This document shows positions 1 through 8,901 of a stretch of DNA of 64,000 nt, one piece after another. The stretch is from Bacteroidales bacterium (GTDB lineage: Bacteria; Bacteroidota; Bacteroidia; Bacteroidales; JAFGHD01). Both the position numbers and the translations under genes were made by a program. The first letter of the stretch is position 1. Every line of letters begins with the position of its first letter. The stretch covers positions 4,208 through 68,207 of the forward strand of contig JAFGHD010000002.1 in assembly GCA_016939365.1 (NCBI GenBank), read 5' to 3'. The notes below the pieces were generated by a model that was not told the DNA's origin, did not search any database, and saw nothing but the letters and a program-made list of their open reading frames with translations.

Positions 1-795
1 ACCCTCAGGGCAGTTGAAGTATTGGGGGGTATGGAAAAATTCGTGCCTCACGGATCCTCTGTCGGATTGCTCATCAATTCAGACTTTGAAGCTCCAGGGG
101 CATATGTTCATCCTGATATTTCCATAGCAGCGCTCCGGATGATACAGGACGCAGGGGCGGGCGAAATCTGGTCACTTCAGCAGGTCAAAGAGGAATACTG
201 GAAGAGAAGTTCCTTTTTTGAAGAAAACCGTGACCTGATCGGAGTTGTCAGATATGTGGCTTCCAATGTCTTTCCGGCCACTTACAACGAGGAGGATTTC
301 GTACGGATTAAGAAAATACCGGGTTCTGTATCGCTGGGGGAGGTGGAGGTAGTCAGGAAGTTCCTGGAATGTGATGTTTTTATCAATATCCCCATCTGCA
401 AGCACCATCCCTCCACCTTGTTGACCTGTGCATTAAAAAACCTGATGGGGATCAACAGCAGAAAAAGCAATATCACTTTCCATCTGGGTTCCGGTGTAAA
501 GAACGATCCGGAATTCCTTGGACAATGCATCGCCGATCTGAACCTGCTCAGAAAGACCGATTTGGTTATTGTGGATGCAACCCGTTTCATTACCACCAAT
601 GGTCCATCCGGGCCGGGAGAAATTTTGCATAAGGATCAGGTGGTGGCCGGAACTGACCCGGTGGCGGTCGATGCGACATGTACCCCTTTGCTTGGATATG
701 ATTCCAGGGATGTCATTTCAACGGTTAGGGCTTCCGGATTGGGTATCGGCCGTTACCTTGCTGAACAAATACAGGTTATAGAGTATACTCTCTGA
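1..795 (+). CDS. DUF362 domain-containing protein (5' end cut by window edge)
   Basis: Frame 1 is open to position 1 with no upstream stop, so the TTG at 22 is probably not the true start. The translation carries blocks I recognise as DUF362-like: NIPICKHHPSTLLTCALKNLMG and IVDATRFITTNGPSGPG...VAGTDPVAVDA. Function of the family is unknown. Confidence 0.75.
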   Translation, partial: TLRAVEVLGGMEKFVPHGSSVGLLINSDFEAPGAYVHPDISIAALRMIQDAGAGEIWSLQQVKEEYWKRSSFFEENRDLIGVVRYVASNVFPATYNEEDFVRIKKIPGSVSLGEVEVVRKFLECDVFINIPICKHHPSTLLTCALKNLMGINSRKSNITFHLGSGVKNDPEFLGQCIADLNLLRKTDLVIVDATRFITTNGPSGPGEILHKDQVVAGTDPVAVDATCTPLLGYDSRDVISTVRASGLGIGRYLAEQIQVIEYTL

Positions 796-801
796 ACAGA
801 A

Positions 802-2520
802 ATGGCGACTTTGCTTAGAGCGTGTCTTCGCTTTTTGTTGATCCTTCCCGGGATGTGGTACCTTTTACCTGTTTCAGGACAGAATGGGATCCCTTTTGGC
901 GACATCCTCCTTCCCACCGGGGCAGGAAACTGGACCAGTTCAGGCGAACCTCGTTTTTATCAGTCCAGAAAACTGTATGACCTCATGAACGGTGCAGCTG
1001 ATATTTTTCAGGAATATGGTTGTGAAGAGGCTTGCGTTATGGAGTTTTTCCATCCCTCCGGGAAATCTATAAAGGCAGAGGTTTACAGAATGCACGACGC
1101 ACCTGGAGCTTTTGGTGTCTACACTTTTCACAGGACGGATTATGCCAAGCCGGCTGGAGTGGGTCAGGATGGACAGATGAGCAGTACGTATCTGATTTTC
1201 TGGAAGGACCGTTACTTTATAAGCCTTACAGGGGCAGAAGAGAATATCGCTGTTTCTGCCGGCATCCGGCAGATATCTGACGAATTTGCCAAGTCGATCC
1301 ATCAACTGGGAGAAATACCTCGGATCCTTCGCTACCTGCCTCAGGATTTGTCCCTTTGTTACATCAGGGGAATCATCGGCCTGCGCAATACATACCCCTT
1401 CCCTGAGGCTCCCCTCTTCGATTTTATTGAAGGAGGGATTGCTGTAACGGACGATTATTTTCTGTGCCTTTTGCGATTTTCCGGCCCATCCGACGTTTTG
1501 ATCAGGCTCCGGCAGACCATCGAGAAGACCCTCCTGGCACCCCGTTTTATGTCGGTCTCAGATAACCAAACGGAGATGTCCTATACCGACTTGAAAAACA
1601 ATATCATTAAATTCAGGCAATTCCAGCAGTTTGTCTTGATTTTGGTTGCCCATTCGGAAACAACTGCTGCACGAAGCCATGATTTTTTTACCGGGATTGA
1701 GCACAAGATATTCGCCGATTTTCCGGATCAATTGGCGGGTTGTCCAGATTGCCCGGCATTCAGGGCGATCAGCGGCATCCCGACAAACAATGAAAAAAAT
1801 GAATGCGTTATTCATCTCTTGAACCCTCCCTCGTGGGCCGACCATGCAAACGCCATTGAATGGAAGTATCAGGGCGGTCATGATACAATACCCTGCTGCA
1901 GGGCCTGGCTGCTGGATAGCCCTGAGGATGCCTACGGATTCATGTCCTGGTATGACTTCCTTACAGGTCGTCTCAATGCAGTAAATACAAGATACCTGTC
2001 ATATGTTTCCGGCAGGATTTTCATCACATGCTCCGCATCATTCGTCATACAGGATGAGTGCCATCTGCTGGATTGCATTGAAGATGCTTTGCAGGTCATC
2101 TACCCTGGTGAACCGAAAATTCCTTTCATGGAGTCATTAATGGATAACTCCATGACTGGCAGTACCGCGAAGCTGTATTTCCCCCGGACCTTTCCAGGAC
2201 TGGAGGAATGGTTGCCCTGGTTGCCTGATGTTGACATCCCTGGAGCGGCCAGATGGTTTGACGGTAAGGTTTCTCTTTGCCTGGAGTTCCCTGACCTTGA
2301 AGCTGCCCAAAACGTATTGGACCAACTATTGAAGGAAAATGGCATGGCGGGGAAAACTTCCGATGAATCCAAGTTTGTCATCCTTTCAAATCATAGCGGT
2401 ATATTTGCTGCCGGTATCACAGGGCGCTTTTTACTCCTTTTTACAGGAATGGATGTTTTTTCTGCGGAAACTAAGTTCCAGGCCTTTATCCGTTCCTTGC
2501 AGGGATCATTAAAACAGTAA
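802..2520 (+). CDS. secreted protein of unknown function, long paralog of the next gene
   Basis: ATG lies 6 nt after the DUF362 stop. N-terminus is signal-peptide-like (MATLLRACLRFLLILPGMWYLLPVSGQ). It shares clear blocks with ORF 2526..3431: LYDLMNGAADIFQEYG/LYDFINGGADLYFEYG, DAPGAFGVYTF/DDAGAFGIFSV, YLIFWKDRYFISL/YLDIWKDKLFIRI, IRGIIGLRNTYPF/FRGIIALGNLYSF. It has an extra C-terminal half of about 290 aa. Confidence 0.7.
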   Translation: MATLLRACLRFLLILPGMWYLLPVSGQNGIPFGDILLPTGAGNWTSSGEPRFYQSRKLYDLMNGAADIFQEYGCEEACVMEFFHPSGKSIKAEVYRMHDAPGAFGVYTFHRTDYAKPAGVGQDGQMSSTYLIFWKDRYFISLTGAEENIAVSAGIRQISDEFAKSIHQLGEIPRILRYLPQDLSLCYIRGIIGLRNTYPFPEAPLFDFIEGGIAVTDDYFLCLLRFSGPSDVLIRLRQTIEKTLLAPRFMSVSDNQTEMSYTDLKNNIIKFRQFQQFVLILVAHSETTAARSHDFFTGIEHKIFADFPDQLAGCPDCPAFRAISGIPTNNEKNECVIHLLNPPSWADHANAIEWKYQGGHDTIPCCRAWLLDSPEDAYGFMSWYDFLTGRLNAVNTRYLSYVSGRIFITCSASFVIQDECHLLDCIEDALQVIYPGEPKIPFMESLMDNSMTGSTAKLYFPRTFPGLEEWLPWLPDVDIPGAARWFDGKVSLCLEFPDLEAAQNVLDQLLKENGMAGKTSDESKFVILSNHSGIFAAGITGRFLLLFTGMDVFSAETKFQAFIRSLQGSLKQ

Positions 2521-2525
2521 CAAGT

Positions 2526-3431
2526 ATGGGAAAGACAACTGCCATTCTTCTGATTTCAATATTGATCTTCAACATGAACACTGGAGGCCAGACCCTGTTC
2601 ATCGAAAGCCTGCACAAGGAATTACCTGGCCTGGAGTTCCAGGAGGGATGGGTAATGCCGGATACTTCATCTCTATTCCTGGATGAAGGACTCTATGATT
2701 TTATTAACGGCGGTGCGGACCTCTATTTTGAATATGGTATCCACGGTGTATTGTCAATGGTTGTGACCAACGATTCCCTTGAAGTGAACATTGAGTGTTA
2801 CGAGATGGAGGATGATGCGGGTGCGTTCGGGATTTTTTCTGTCCAGCGCGGCCAGGAGGGGAAAACGGTGGATATCGGTGAACTCGCCGTCGCCTATGAA
2901 TCCTACCTCGATATCTGGAAAGACAAACTTTTTATCCGGATCTTTCTGAAAGACGGTATAAAGGAACCTGAGGTATGCCAGTCATGGGGCAGATGGATTG
3001 CCGAAAAAGTGGCGGGCAGGGGACAGGTACCTGAAATTGTAACCCTTGTTGATTCTGCAGGCATCGATGTCTCGAATGCAAAATATTTCAGAGGGATCAT
3101 CGCACTTGGAAATTTGTATTCATTCGGATACGGAATCATTTCAGGCTTTTATGAGGGCCTCGTATCCGAAAACACAGACAGGAAAGTTTTTGTATTCCGG
3201 TACAAGGATGCCGAAAGTTGTTACGAGTGGTACCAGAGTGCCAGGGGAAAGATACAAGGTGGGCAGAGATACAATGGCTTTGCAGAGCAGGCCGACGGTT
3301 TTACGGTGACGGATAGTGAACAGCAAACGCTGTCCTTCTTCCGTACCGATGAAGCGATCCTTGTCATCAGGGGAGACACCTGGGAACAATCCGAAGTTAT
3401 CTTTCATTCATTGAAAAACATATTCAAATAA
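2526..3431 (+). CDS. secreted protein of unknown function, short paralog of the preceding gene
   Basis: ATG lies 5 nt after the previous stop. It has a signal-like N-terminus (MGKTTAILLISILIFNMNTGGQ). The conserved blocks shared with ORF 802..2520 are listed under that feature. Confidence 0.7.
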   Translation: MGKTTAILLISILIFNMNTGGQTLFIESLHKELPGLEFQEGWVMPDTSSLFLDEGLYDFINGGADLYFEYGIHGVLSMVVTNDSLEVNIECYEMEDDAGAFGIFSVQRGQEGKTVDIGELAVAYESYLDIWKDKLFIRIFLKDGIKEPEVCQSWGRWIAEKVAGRGQVPEIVTLVDSAGIDVSNAKYFRGIIALGNLYSFGYGIISGFYEGLVSENTDRKVFVFRYKDAESCYEWYQSARGKIQGGQRYNGFAEQADGFTVTDSEQQTLSFFRTDEAILVIRGDTWEQSEVIFHSLKNIFK

Positions 3432-3454
3432 TTGTAAATAAATCAATAAAATCA

Positions 3455-3462
3455 TATATTTG
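3455..3462 (+). promoter_or_regulatory. candidate Bacteroidota -7 promoter element (TATATTTG)
   Basis: Matches TAnnTTTG exactly, 27 nt upstream of the ATG at 3489, in an AT-rich gap. Confidence 0.35.
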
Positions 3463-3488
3463 CTATTATTAACTAAAAATTTTTATCC

Positions 3489-4496
3489 ATGAAAGCCTTG
3501 AAAATCATTGGAATTATTATCCTGGTCATTATTGCCATCATTCTGGTCGGTGCATTTTTTATGCCAGCCAAAATCGGATTGGAGAAGACGGTGGTGATCA
3601 ATGCAGCCACTGAAACCGTTTTTGAGCAGGTTAATTGTTTCAGGAATTGGGAAAAATGGTCACCCTGGAAAGACACTACGATGGTTTATTCTTATGAGGG
3701 TTCAGCCTGTGGTATGGGGAGCATCCAAAAATGGACAATTACCGGAAAAGAGGAACATGGAACCCAAACCATCACCCAGAGTGAACCTGGCAAGTTCATC
3801 AGAACCGAGATTGATTTCGGTCCCCAGGAAATGGTTTATTCCAACTGGCTTTTTGATGAGACCGGCGATGATGGAGTGAAAGTAACCTGGACTTTCGAAT
3901 CTGATGCGCCTTATCCCCTGGGAAGATGGTTCGGCCAGTTCCTCGTAAAACCTATGGTTGCCAGGGATTATGAGAAGGGATTGAACAACCTGAAGGAAAT
4001 GGCTGAAAATATGCCTCCACCACTGCTTTATCAAACGGGTCCGGTTACTGAGAAAATGGTACTGGGTAGCCCGGCGCTGACTATTCTGGATTCATGCAAT
4101 ATGGCAGACATAGGTACCAAGATGGGAAAAATGTTCGGTGAACTGCAGGCTTATGTCGAGAAGAACAGGATTGAGACCACCGGCCCGCCGTTTTGTGCGT
4201 ATCCCGATTGGGATCCAAGCAAAAAGATCGTAATGCTTGCCGGTATACCCATCAAAAAGCCGGTCAAGGCGATGGGCACTATCAAAATGAGCAAAACCTA
4301 CCAGGGTAAGACCCTTATGGCTGTTCACTACGGAGCTTATGAAGCTACACCGAAAACCTATGAGAAAATCCAGGGGTACATGAAGGAAAAAGGTTATCAG
4401 CCAAATGGTACCCCGTGGGAGATATATATCACGGATCCGATGAACGAACCCGATGTGAGTAAATGGGTCACTGAAGTCTATTATCCCGTGAAATAA
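3489..4496 (+). CDS. membrane-anchored SRPBCC (START/polyketide-cyclase-like) protein fused to a GyrI-like effector-binding domain
   Basis: N-terminal TM helix (IIGIIILVIIAIILVGAFF) followed by an SRPBCC-typical start (EKTVVINAATETVFEQVNCFRNWEKWSPW). The C-terminal half resembles GyrI-like/AraC effector-binding domains (GPPFCAYPDWDP..., VHYGAYEATPKTYEKIQGYMKEKGYQPNGTPWEIYITDP). Confidence 0.75.
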   Translation: MKALKIIGIIILVIIAIILVGAFFMPAKIGLEKTVVINAATETVFEQVNCFRNWEKWSPWKDTTMVYSYEGSACGMGSIQKWTITGKEEHGTQTITQSEPGKFIRTEIDFGPQEMVYSNWLFDETGDDGVKVTWTFESDAPYPLGRWFGQFLVKPMVARDYEKGLNNLKEMAENMPPPLLYQTGPVTEKMVLGSPALTILDSCNMADIGTKMGKMFGELQAYVEKNRIETTGPPFCAYPDWDPSKKIVMLAGIPIKKPVKAMGTIKMSKTYQGKTLMAVHYGAYEATPKTYEKIQGYMKEKGYQPNGTPWEIYITDPMNEPDVSKWVTEVYYPVK

Positions 4497-4614
4497 TACC
4501 GTTAGCGGTACCCCATGCCATGGTTCACGGGTTTCGCTGTGAAAAACGAAAAACATCTGTGGATGTGTTGCCGGATTGCAGTGAACACGCATCACTAATC
4601 AGCACTTAAAGCAA

Positions 4615-4977
4615 ATGGGAGTCAATAGAATCACAACACACCGGTTTCTATTCAGGTCGGTACTGATTGCAAACCTGCTCCTCTTCGGCATTACCGGAAC
4701 CGTTTACCTGATATCCGGCAGGAACTGGACAGGGGCATTGCTTCTGGCGGCATGTGCTGTCAACATCATTGCCTTTACTATAAAAATTACCCGCCACATC
4801 CGTCTGTTCGCGGTGGTTTTTTTCCTTTGTGGTGCCGTGTGCCTTTTCGTGAGTTATGATTATTATTTCAGGGATTCCAGGGTGATGCACCTGATCTGGC
4901 TTGCCATATCTGGAATATATCTGATTGCTGCCATCATCCTGCTGACGTTAAAGGGCAATCCGGAAAAAAAACCTTAG
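4615..4977 (+). CDS. small hypothetical membrane protein (about 4 TM segments)
   Basis: ORF of 120 aa made almost entirely of hydrophobic helices separated by short basic loops. No family recognised. Confidence 0.5.
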   Translation: MGVNRITTHRFLFRSVLIANLLLFGITGTVYLISGRNWTGALLLAACAVNIIAFTIKITRHIRLFAVVFFLCGAVCLFVSYDYYFRDSRVMHLIWLAISGIYLIAAIILLTLKGNPEKKP

Positions 4978-4997
4978 TCGGGCAGTAAACCTTTTCA

Positions 4998-5005
4998 TAT
5001 CTTTG
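4998..5005 (+). promoter_or_regulatory. candidate -7 promoter element (TATCTTTG)
   Basis: TAnnTTTG match 32 nt upstream of the ATG at 5037. Confidence 0.35.
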
Positions 5006-5036
5006 CCCATCAACAAAAAAACGAAAGGGAATAAGG

Positions 5037-6182
5037 ATGGTTAGTTTTGAATTGTCTGCCAGGCAGCTTGAGATCAGGGAGAAGTACCGTGATTTCACAC
5101 AACGCTGGATCGTGCCCAACCGGCTGAAATATGATGAACTGGAAAAGTTCCCTTGGGAAATTGTGAAAGCGGCTTATGAGGAAGGGATCATGAACGGACC
5201 CATACCGGAAAAGCACGGCGGCAACGGATACAGTCTTTTTGAAGGGGCTCTCGCCTCTGAAGAATTGGGAGCAGGCTGCATCGGTATCGGGATATGCATT
5301 GATGCCAATACCCTGGCATTGACTCCTTTGTTATTGGCAGCCAATGAAGAGCAGCAAAAACGTTTTTTCGACAGGATCAGGGAACAAAAGGCTGTAGCGG
5401 CATACTGTCTGACGGAACCCAATGCGGGATCGGATGTACAGGGTATCAAATCTACCGCGATCAGAAAGGGGGACGTTTATGTTTTAAACGGACACAAACG
5501 ATTCATTACCAATGGGGAGGCCGCTTCATTCATGACAGTCTTTGCACAGACAGATCCCGAGAAGGGATCCCGGAGCCTCACCGCACTGGTCGTACCAGCC
5601 GAATCCCCGGGGATCGAGATTAAACCCAGGCTGCGGAAAATGGGTCAGAGGGCGTCGGTGCAGAACGAGATCCTATTTCATGATGTGGAAGTGCCGCTAT
5701 CTAACAGATTGGGCGAAGAAGGCCATGGCTTTCTGATTGCAATGAGAACATTTGACCGTACAAGAACAGGGGTGGCTGCACTGAGCGTGGGAAATGCACG
5801 GGCTGCATATGAAATCGCAAAGGAATGGACACAGAACAGAATACAGTTCGGTAAACCAATAGCCGCCAACCAGGCCATCGGGTTCATGCTGGCTGACCTG
5901 GCAACACATATTGAAGCTGCAAGGCTCATCACATGGTATGCCGCCTGGGCTTATGATAACGGTAAAAAAAACCTTTCGAAACTTTCTGCCATGTCGAAGC
6001 TATTCGCATCCGATGTGGCTATGCGAGTCACTACGGATGCAGTTCAGGCCATGGGCGGAGATGGCTACTCACGGGATTTTCTGGTGGAGAAGATGATGCG
6101 CGATGCCAAGTTGTGCCAAATATATGAAGGTACTAATCAAATTCAGCGCCTGGTGATTTCCAAAAGCATTATGAAAGAATAG
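5037..6182 (+). CDS. acyl-CoA dehydrogenase (short/medium-chain, butyryl-CoA dehydrogenase-like)
   Basis: 381 aa. ACAD hallmarks: AAYCLTEPNAGSD, FITNG, and a C-terminal catalytic-Glu block QIYEGTNQIQRLVISK. Confidence 0.92.
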   Translation: MVSFELSARQLEIREKYRDFTQRWIVPNRLKYDELEKFPWEIVKAAYEEGIMNGPIPEKHGGNGYSLFEGALASEELGAGCIGIGICIDANTLALTPLLLAANEEQQKRFFDRIREQKAVAAYCLTEPNAGSDVQGIKSTAIRKGDVYVLNGHKRFITNGEAASFMTVFAQTDPEKGSRSLTALVVPAESPGIEIKPRLRKMGQRASVQNEILFHDVEVPLSNRLGEEGHGFLIAMRTFDRTRTGVAALSVGNARAAYEIAKEWTQNRIQFGKPIAANQAIGFMLADLATHIEAARLITWYAAWAYDNGKKNLSKLSAMSKLFASDVAMRVTTDAVQAMGGDGYSRDFLVEKMMRDAKLCQIYEGTNQIQRLVISKSIMKE

Positions 6183-6203
6183 TACCGGTAAGATTGCAAA
6201 GGC

Positions 6204-6242
6204 AAAGAGACTGCCCTGCTTCGGAAGGCAGTCTCTTTTTTT
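6204..6242 (+). terminator. rho-independent terminator between convergent acyl-CoA dehydrogenase genes
   Basis: Perfect 12-bp stem aaagagactgcc (6204-6215) / ggcagtctcttt (6227-6238) with an 11-nt loop, followed by a T-run. It starts 22 nt after the stop at 6182. Confidence 0.65.
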
Positions 6243-6288
6243 GGGGGGAGGAGGAAAAAATGGATACCCGGAGGACTCTATCCTGAGA

Positions 6289-8085
6289 TTACGGGAACCT
6301 GTACCGGTTATCTGCAATCAGTTTGTCTGCTATTGTCCTGCGGGCTTTCACCGTATTCACCGGGGCTACATGAGTAAAAAAACCGATTCTTCTATGCATG
6401 ATTTCCCTTTCGGGGCCTTCAACAAACGAATTGACAGCATCCCTGGCCGCCATCATGATCCTGGATGCGCAGTCATAGATATACACATCCAGGATATGCC
6501 GGAATACTTCACTTTCAGGATGGTTTTTAATTTTTTCGATCCTTTCTACCCGCAACAGAGTTGATTCAGCACCGTAAGACATCATAATGATGTCTGAGAT
6601 ATTGAAAAGGATTTCCTGTTCGGCCATGAAATCCCGCTTGAATTTTTCTGACAGGGTTCCCATCACCAGGAGTGCGGTTTTCTTGAAATTTCTGACATAG
6701 TACCATTTTTCCGTGAAATAATCCGGGAAAGAGTTGGGGGGGAGGGGATCTCCGGTCAGATGCCTGATGATGTAACTGGCATATCTTACCACATCGAATC
6801 CCGATTTGAGGGCCTTTTTGATGGTAGTGTCCACCACCAGAAGGCGGTTGATTTCATTGGTGCCCTCGAATATCCTGTTTATTCGCGAATCCCTGTAGGC
6901 ACGGTCGATATCAGTTTCGGCCGAGAATCCCATTCCGCCAAATATCTGAACGGCTTCGTCCACCACATAATTCAGGGCTTCCGATCCGAAGACCTTCATT
7001 GCAGCTGCTTCAATGGCATACTGTGCGATTCCTTCTATGGTGGCTTTCTCCCTGGGCATTCCCTGTGCCATCAGAACTGCCGTCATCTCATCTATATTAC
7101 GGCTGACCCGGTATACAGAAGATTCTGTCACCCAGGTACGGATTACCTGCTCGGCCAGTTTATATTTAATGGCACCAAACTCTGCGATAAATTTACCGAA
7201 TTGCTTGCGCTCATTTGCGTAATTTACCGACTGGGTGATCGCTCTTTTTGCAGCACCCAGAATTGTTCCTCCCAGTTTGATCCGTCCCATATGCAGGATA
7301 TTCAAAGCTATCCTGAATCCTTCGCCGCGCTTGCCCAGCAAGTTTTCAACCGGGACTCTCACATCATTGTAAAAAACCTGAACGGTGGATGAGCCCTTTA
7401 TTCCCATTTTCTTTTCCTCGGGATTGATTACCACGCCATCCCAATTCCTTTCCACTATGAATGCGCTGTGCACCCGGTCATTGTCGATTTTGGCAAAAAC
7501 AGTTTGAACATCAGCAAATCCACCATTAGTGATCCACATCTTCTGTCCGTTGAGGATATAATGGGTTCCGTTATCACTTAAAACAGCGTGGGTTTTCCCT
7601 GCATTGGCATCTGAGCCGGCATTTGGTTCTGTGAGGCAGTATGCAGCGATCCACTCACCCGAAGCCAGCCTGGGAAGGTATTTGTTCTTCTGGAGATCAT
7701 TTCCGTAGTAGAGTATGGGAAGTGATCCGATACCCGTATGTGCAGAGTAGGCTACGGAAAAGGAATATCCCGATCCCATGGATTCGCTGGCAAGCATGGA
7801 TGTCACGAAGGATTGTTCAAATCCGCCAAATACTTCAGGTAAGGATACTCCAAGCAGACCGAGTTCGCCAGCCCTGGCAAGAAGGCTCCGCATCAATCCC
7901 TCCTCCTGGCTGTCAATCCGGTCCAGTATGGGAAACACTTCAGATTCCAGGTAATCGCGACATGTCCCGGCTATCATTACTTGCTCTTCGTCGAAATCCT
8001 CCGGGATGAACACATCAGCAAAGGAGGTGTCCCTGATCAGGAATTCTCCGCCTTTAAGTAGTTTTTTGTTTTCTGCCATGACCAT
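6289..8085 (-). CDS. acyl-CoA dehydrogenase family protein, long (about 600 aa) form with C-terminal extension
   Basis: ACAD blocks AAYCLTEPNAGSD, WITNGGFAD and IFEGTNEINRLLV, plus a helical tail of about 170 aa typical of long FadE-like ACADs. Confidence 0.9.
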   Translation of the reverse strand: MVMAENKKLLKGGEFLIRDTSFADVFIPEDFDEEQVMIAGTCRDYLESEVFPILDRIDSQEEGLMRSLLARAGELGLLGVSLPEVFGGFEQSFVTSMLASESMGSGYSFSVAYSAHTGIGSLPILYYGNDLQKNKYLPRLASGEWIAAYCLTEPNAGSDANAGKTHAVLSDNGTHYILNGQKMWITNGGFADVQTVFAKIDNDRVHSAFIVERNWDGVVINPEEKKMGIKGSSTVQVFYNDVRVPVENLLGKRGEGFRIALNILHMGRIKLGGTILGAAKRAITQSVNYANERKQFGKFIAEFGAIKYKLAEQVIRTWVTESSVYRVSRNIDEMTAVLMAQGMPREKATIEGIAQYAIEAAAMKVFGSEALNYVVDEAVQIFGGMGFSAETDIDRAYRDSRINRIFEGTNEINRLLVVDTTIKKALKSGFDVVRYASYIIRHLTGDPLPPNSFPDYFTEKWYYVRNFKKTALLVMGTLSEKFKRDFMAEQEILFNISDIIMMSYGAESTLLRVERIEKIKNHPESEVFRHILDVYIYDCASRIMMAARDAVNSFVEGPEREIMHRRIGFFTHVAPVNTVKARRTIADKLIADNRYRFP

Positions 8086-8221
8086 TTTTTGGTAAGACGG
8101 ACAAAATTAGAAAATATTAACAACAGGAATCCTGATGATGTGGGTTATGGTATCCCGGATTTATAATATATATGGTCTGTTTTTTTTATCTTTACAAAAT
8201 TAGGAATACAATATCCGGTAT

Positions 8222-8890
8222 ATGGCAGATATCCTGAAATGGGCGGCGGGCTTGGCCATAATGTTGATTATTGGCTTGGTATACCGCAGGTTGTTGATAT
8301 TGAAAATATACAGGATTCTTTTCGGTCCTTTCAGCGCCCAGTATGTCCTGAAATTCAGGAAAACTCTGAATTCCAATCCCTATCCTTATTGTATCAGGGA
8401 AAATGTGCTGACCGGTTGCCATGCGTTTTATGTTCCCAACATTTCGGCAAAGCGGTTTCATACTCAAGATGAGATCGTATTCGAAAAAATCAGTCCCGGT
8501 ACACATTTTAACCAGGTGCAGAAGTATCGGGGCAAACCCAGATGCTTCAATATCCAGAAGGCGGGTCATGCCATCATCAGTGTGGCTGGTTTCGATAAGG
8601 AGATATGCGGAAGAAACGGAAAAGCACTTTTGTTCTTTCTGAAGGATAAATTTATAATGGGTGAGTATATCATTGAACCCTCGGATGATCATATCACCCG
8701 GAAGATTTCGGAAGCGATACGAAGGGAGCACAAAACCACCATGACCGGTGACTGTGATCATTTCTATATTACCGATGATAACGGTAATTCAATATATTTC
8801 CATGAAAATGGATTCTCGCTTTCGATCAAATACTATTTTGATTCCCCTGAAATCAGGTTGATGCTTGATCAGAAAACAGAGGATAGATAG
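8222..8890 (+). CDS. hypothetical protein with N-terminal TM anchor
   Basis: 222-aa ORF with ATG start and one TM helix (AAGLAIMLIIGLVYRRLLIL) followed by a soluble-looking domain. No family recognised. An almost fully overlapping 189-aa ORF exists on the minus strand (8192..8761), so the strand call is uncertain. Confidence 0.45.
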   Translation: MADILKWAAGLAIMLIIGLVYRRLLILKIYRILFGPFSAQYVLKFRKTLNSNPYPYCIRENVLTGCHAFYVPNISAKRFHTQDEIVFEKISPGTHFNQVQKYRGKPRCFNIQKAGHAIISVAGFDKEICGRNGKALLFFLKDKFIMGEYIIEPSDDHITRKISEAIRREHKTTMTGDCDHFYITDDNGNSIYFHENGFSLSIKYYFDSPEIRLMLDQKTEDR

Positions 8891-8901
8891 GAGGGTCGTA
8901 G

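Noticed and set aside
6760-7392. 210-aa plus-strand ORF inside the long acyl-CoA dehydrogenase gene
   Set aside because: It is antisense to a confidently identified ACAD, with no start context or family signal. The same reasoning applies to 10391..11005 and 9466..9972 (antisense to clpC), 45935..46507 and 47114..47638 (antisense to the TPR gene), 30676..31146 (antisense to lpxA) and 60323..60826 (antisense to the sigma factor gene).
8192-8761. 189-aa minus-strand ORF overlapping the 8222..8890 plus-strand ORF
   Set aside because: It is not listed as a feature because the plus-strand product looks more protein-like (TM anchor plus a balanced soluble domain). The call is weak, and the issue is kept as a finding.
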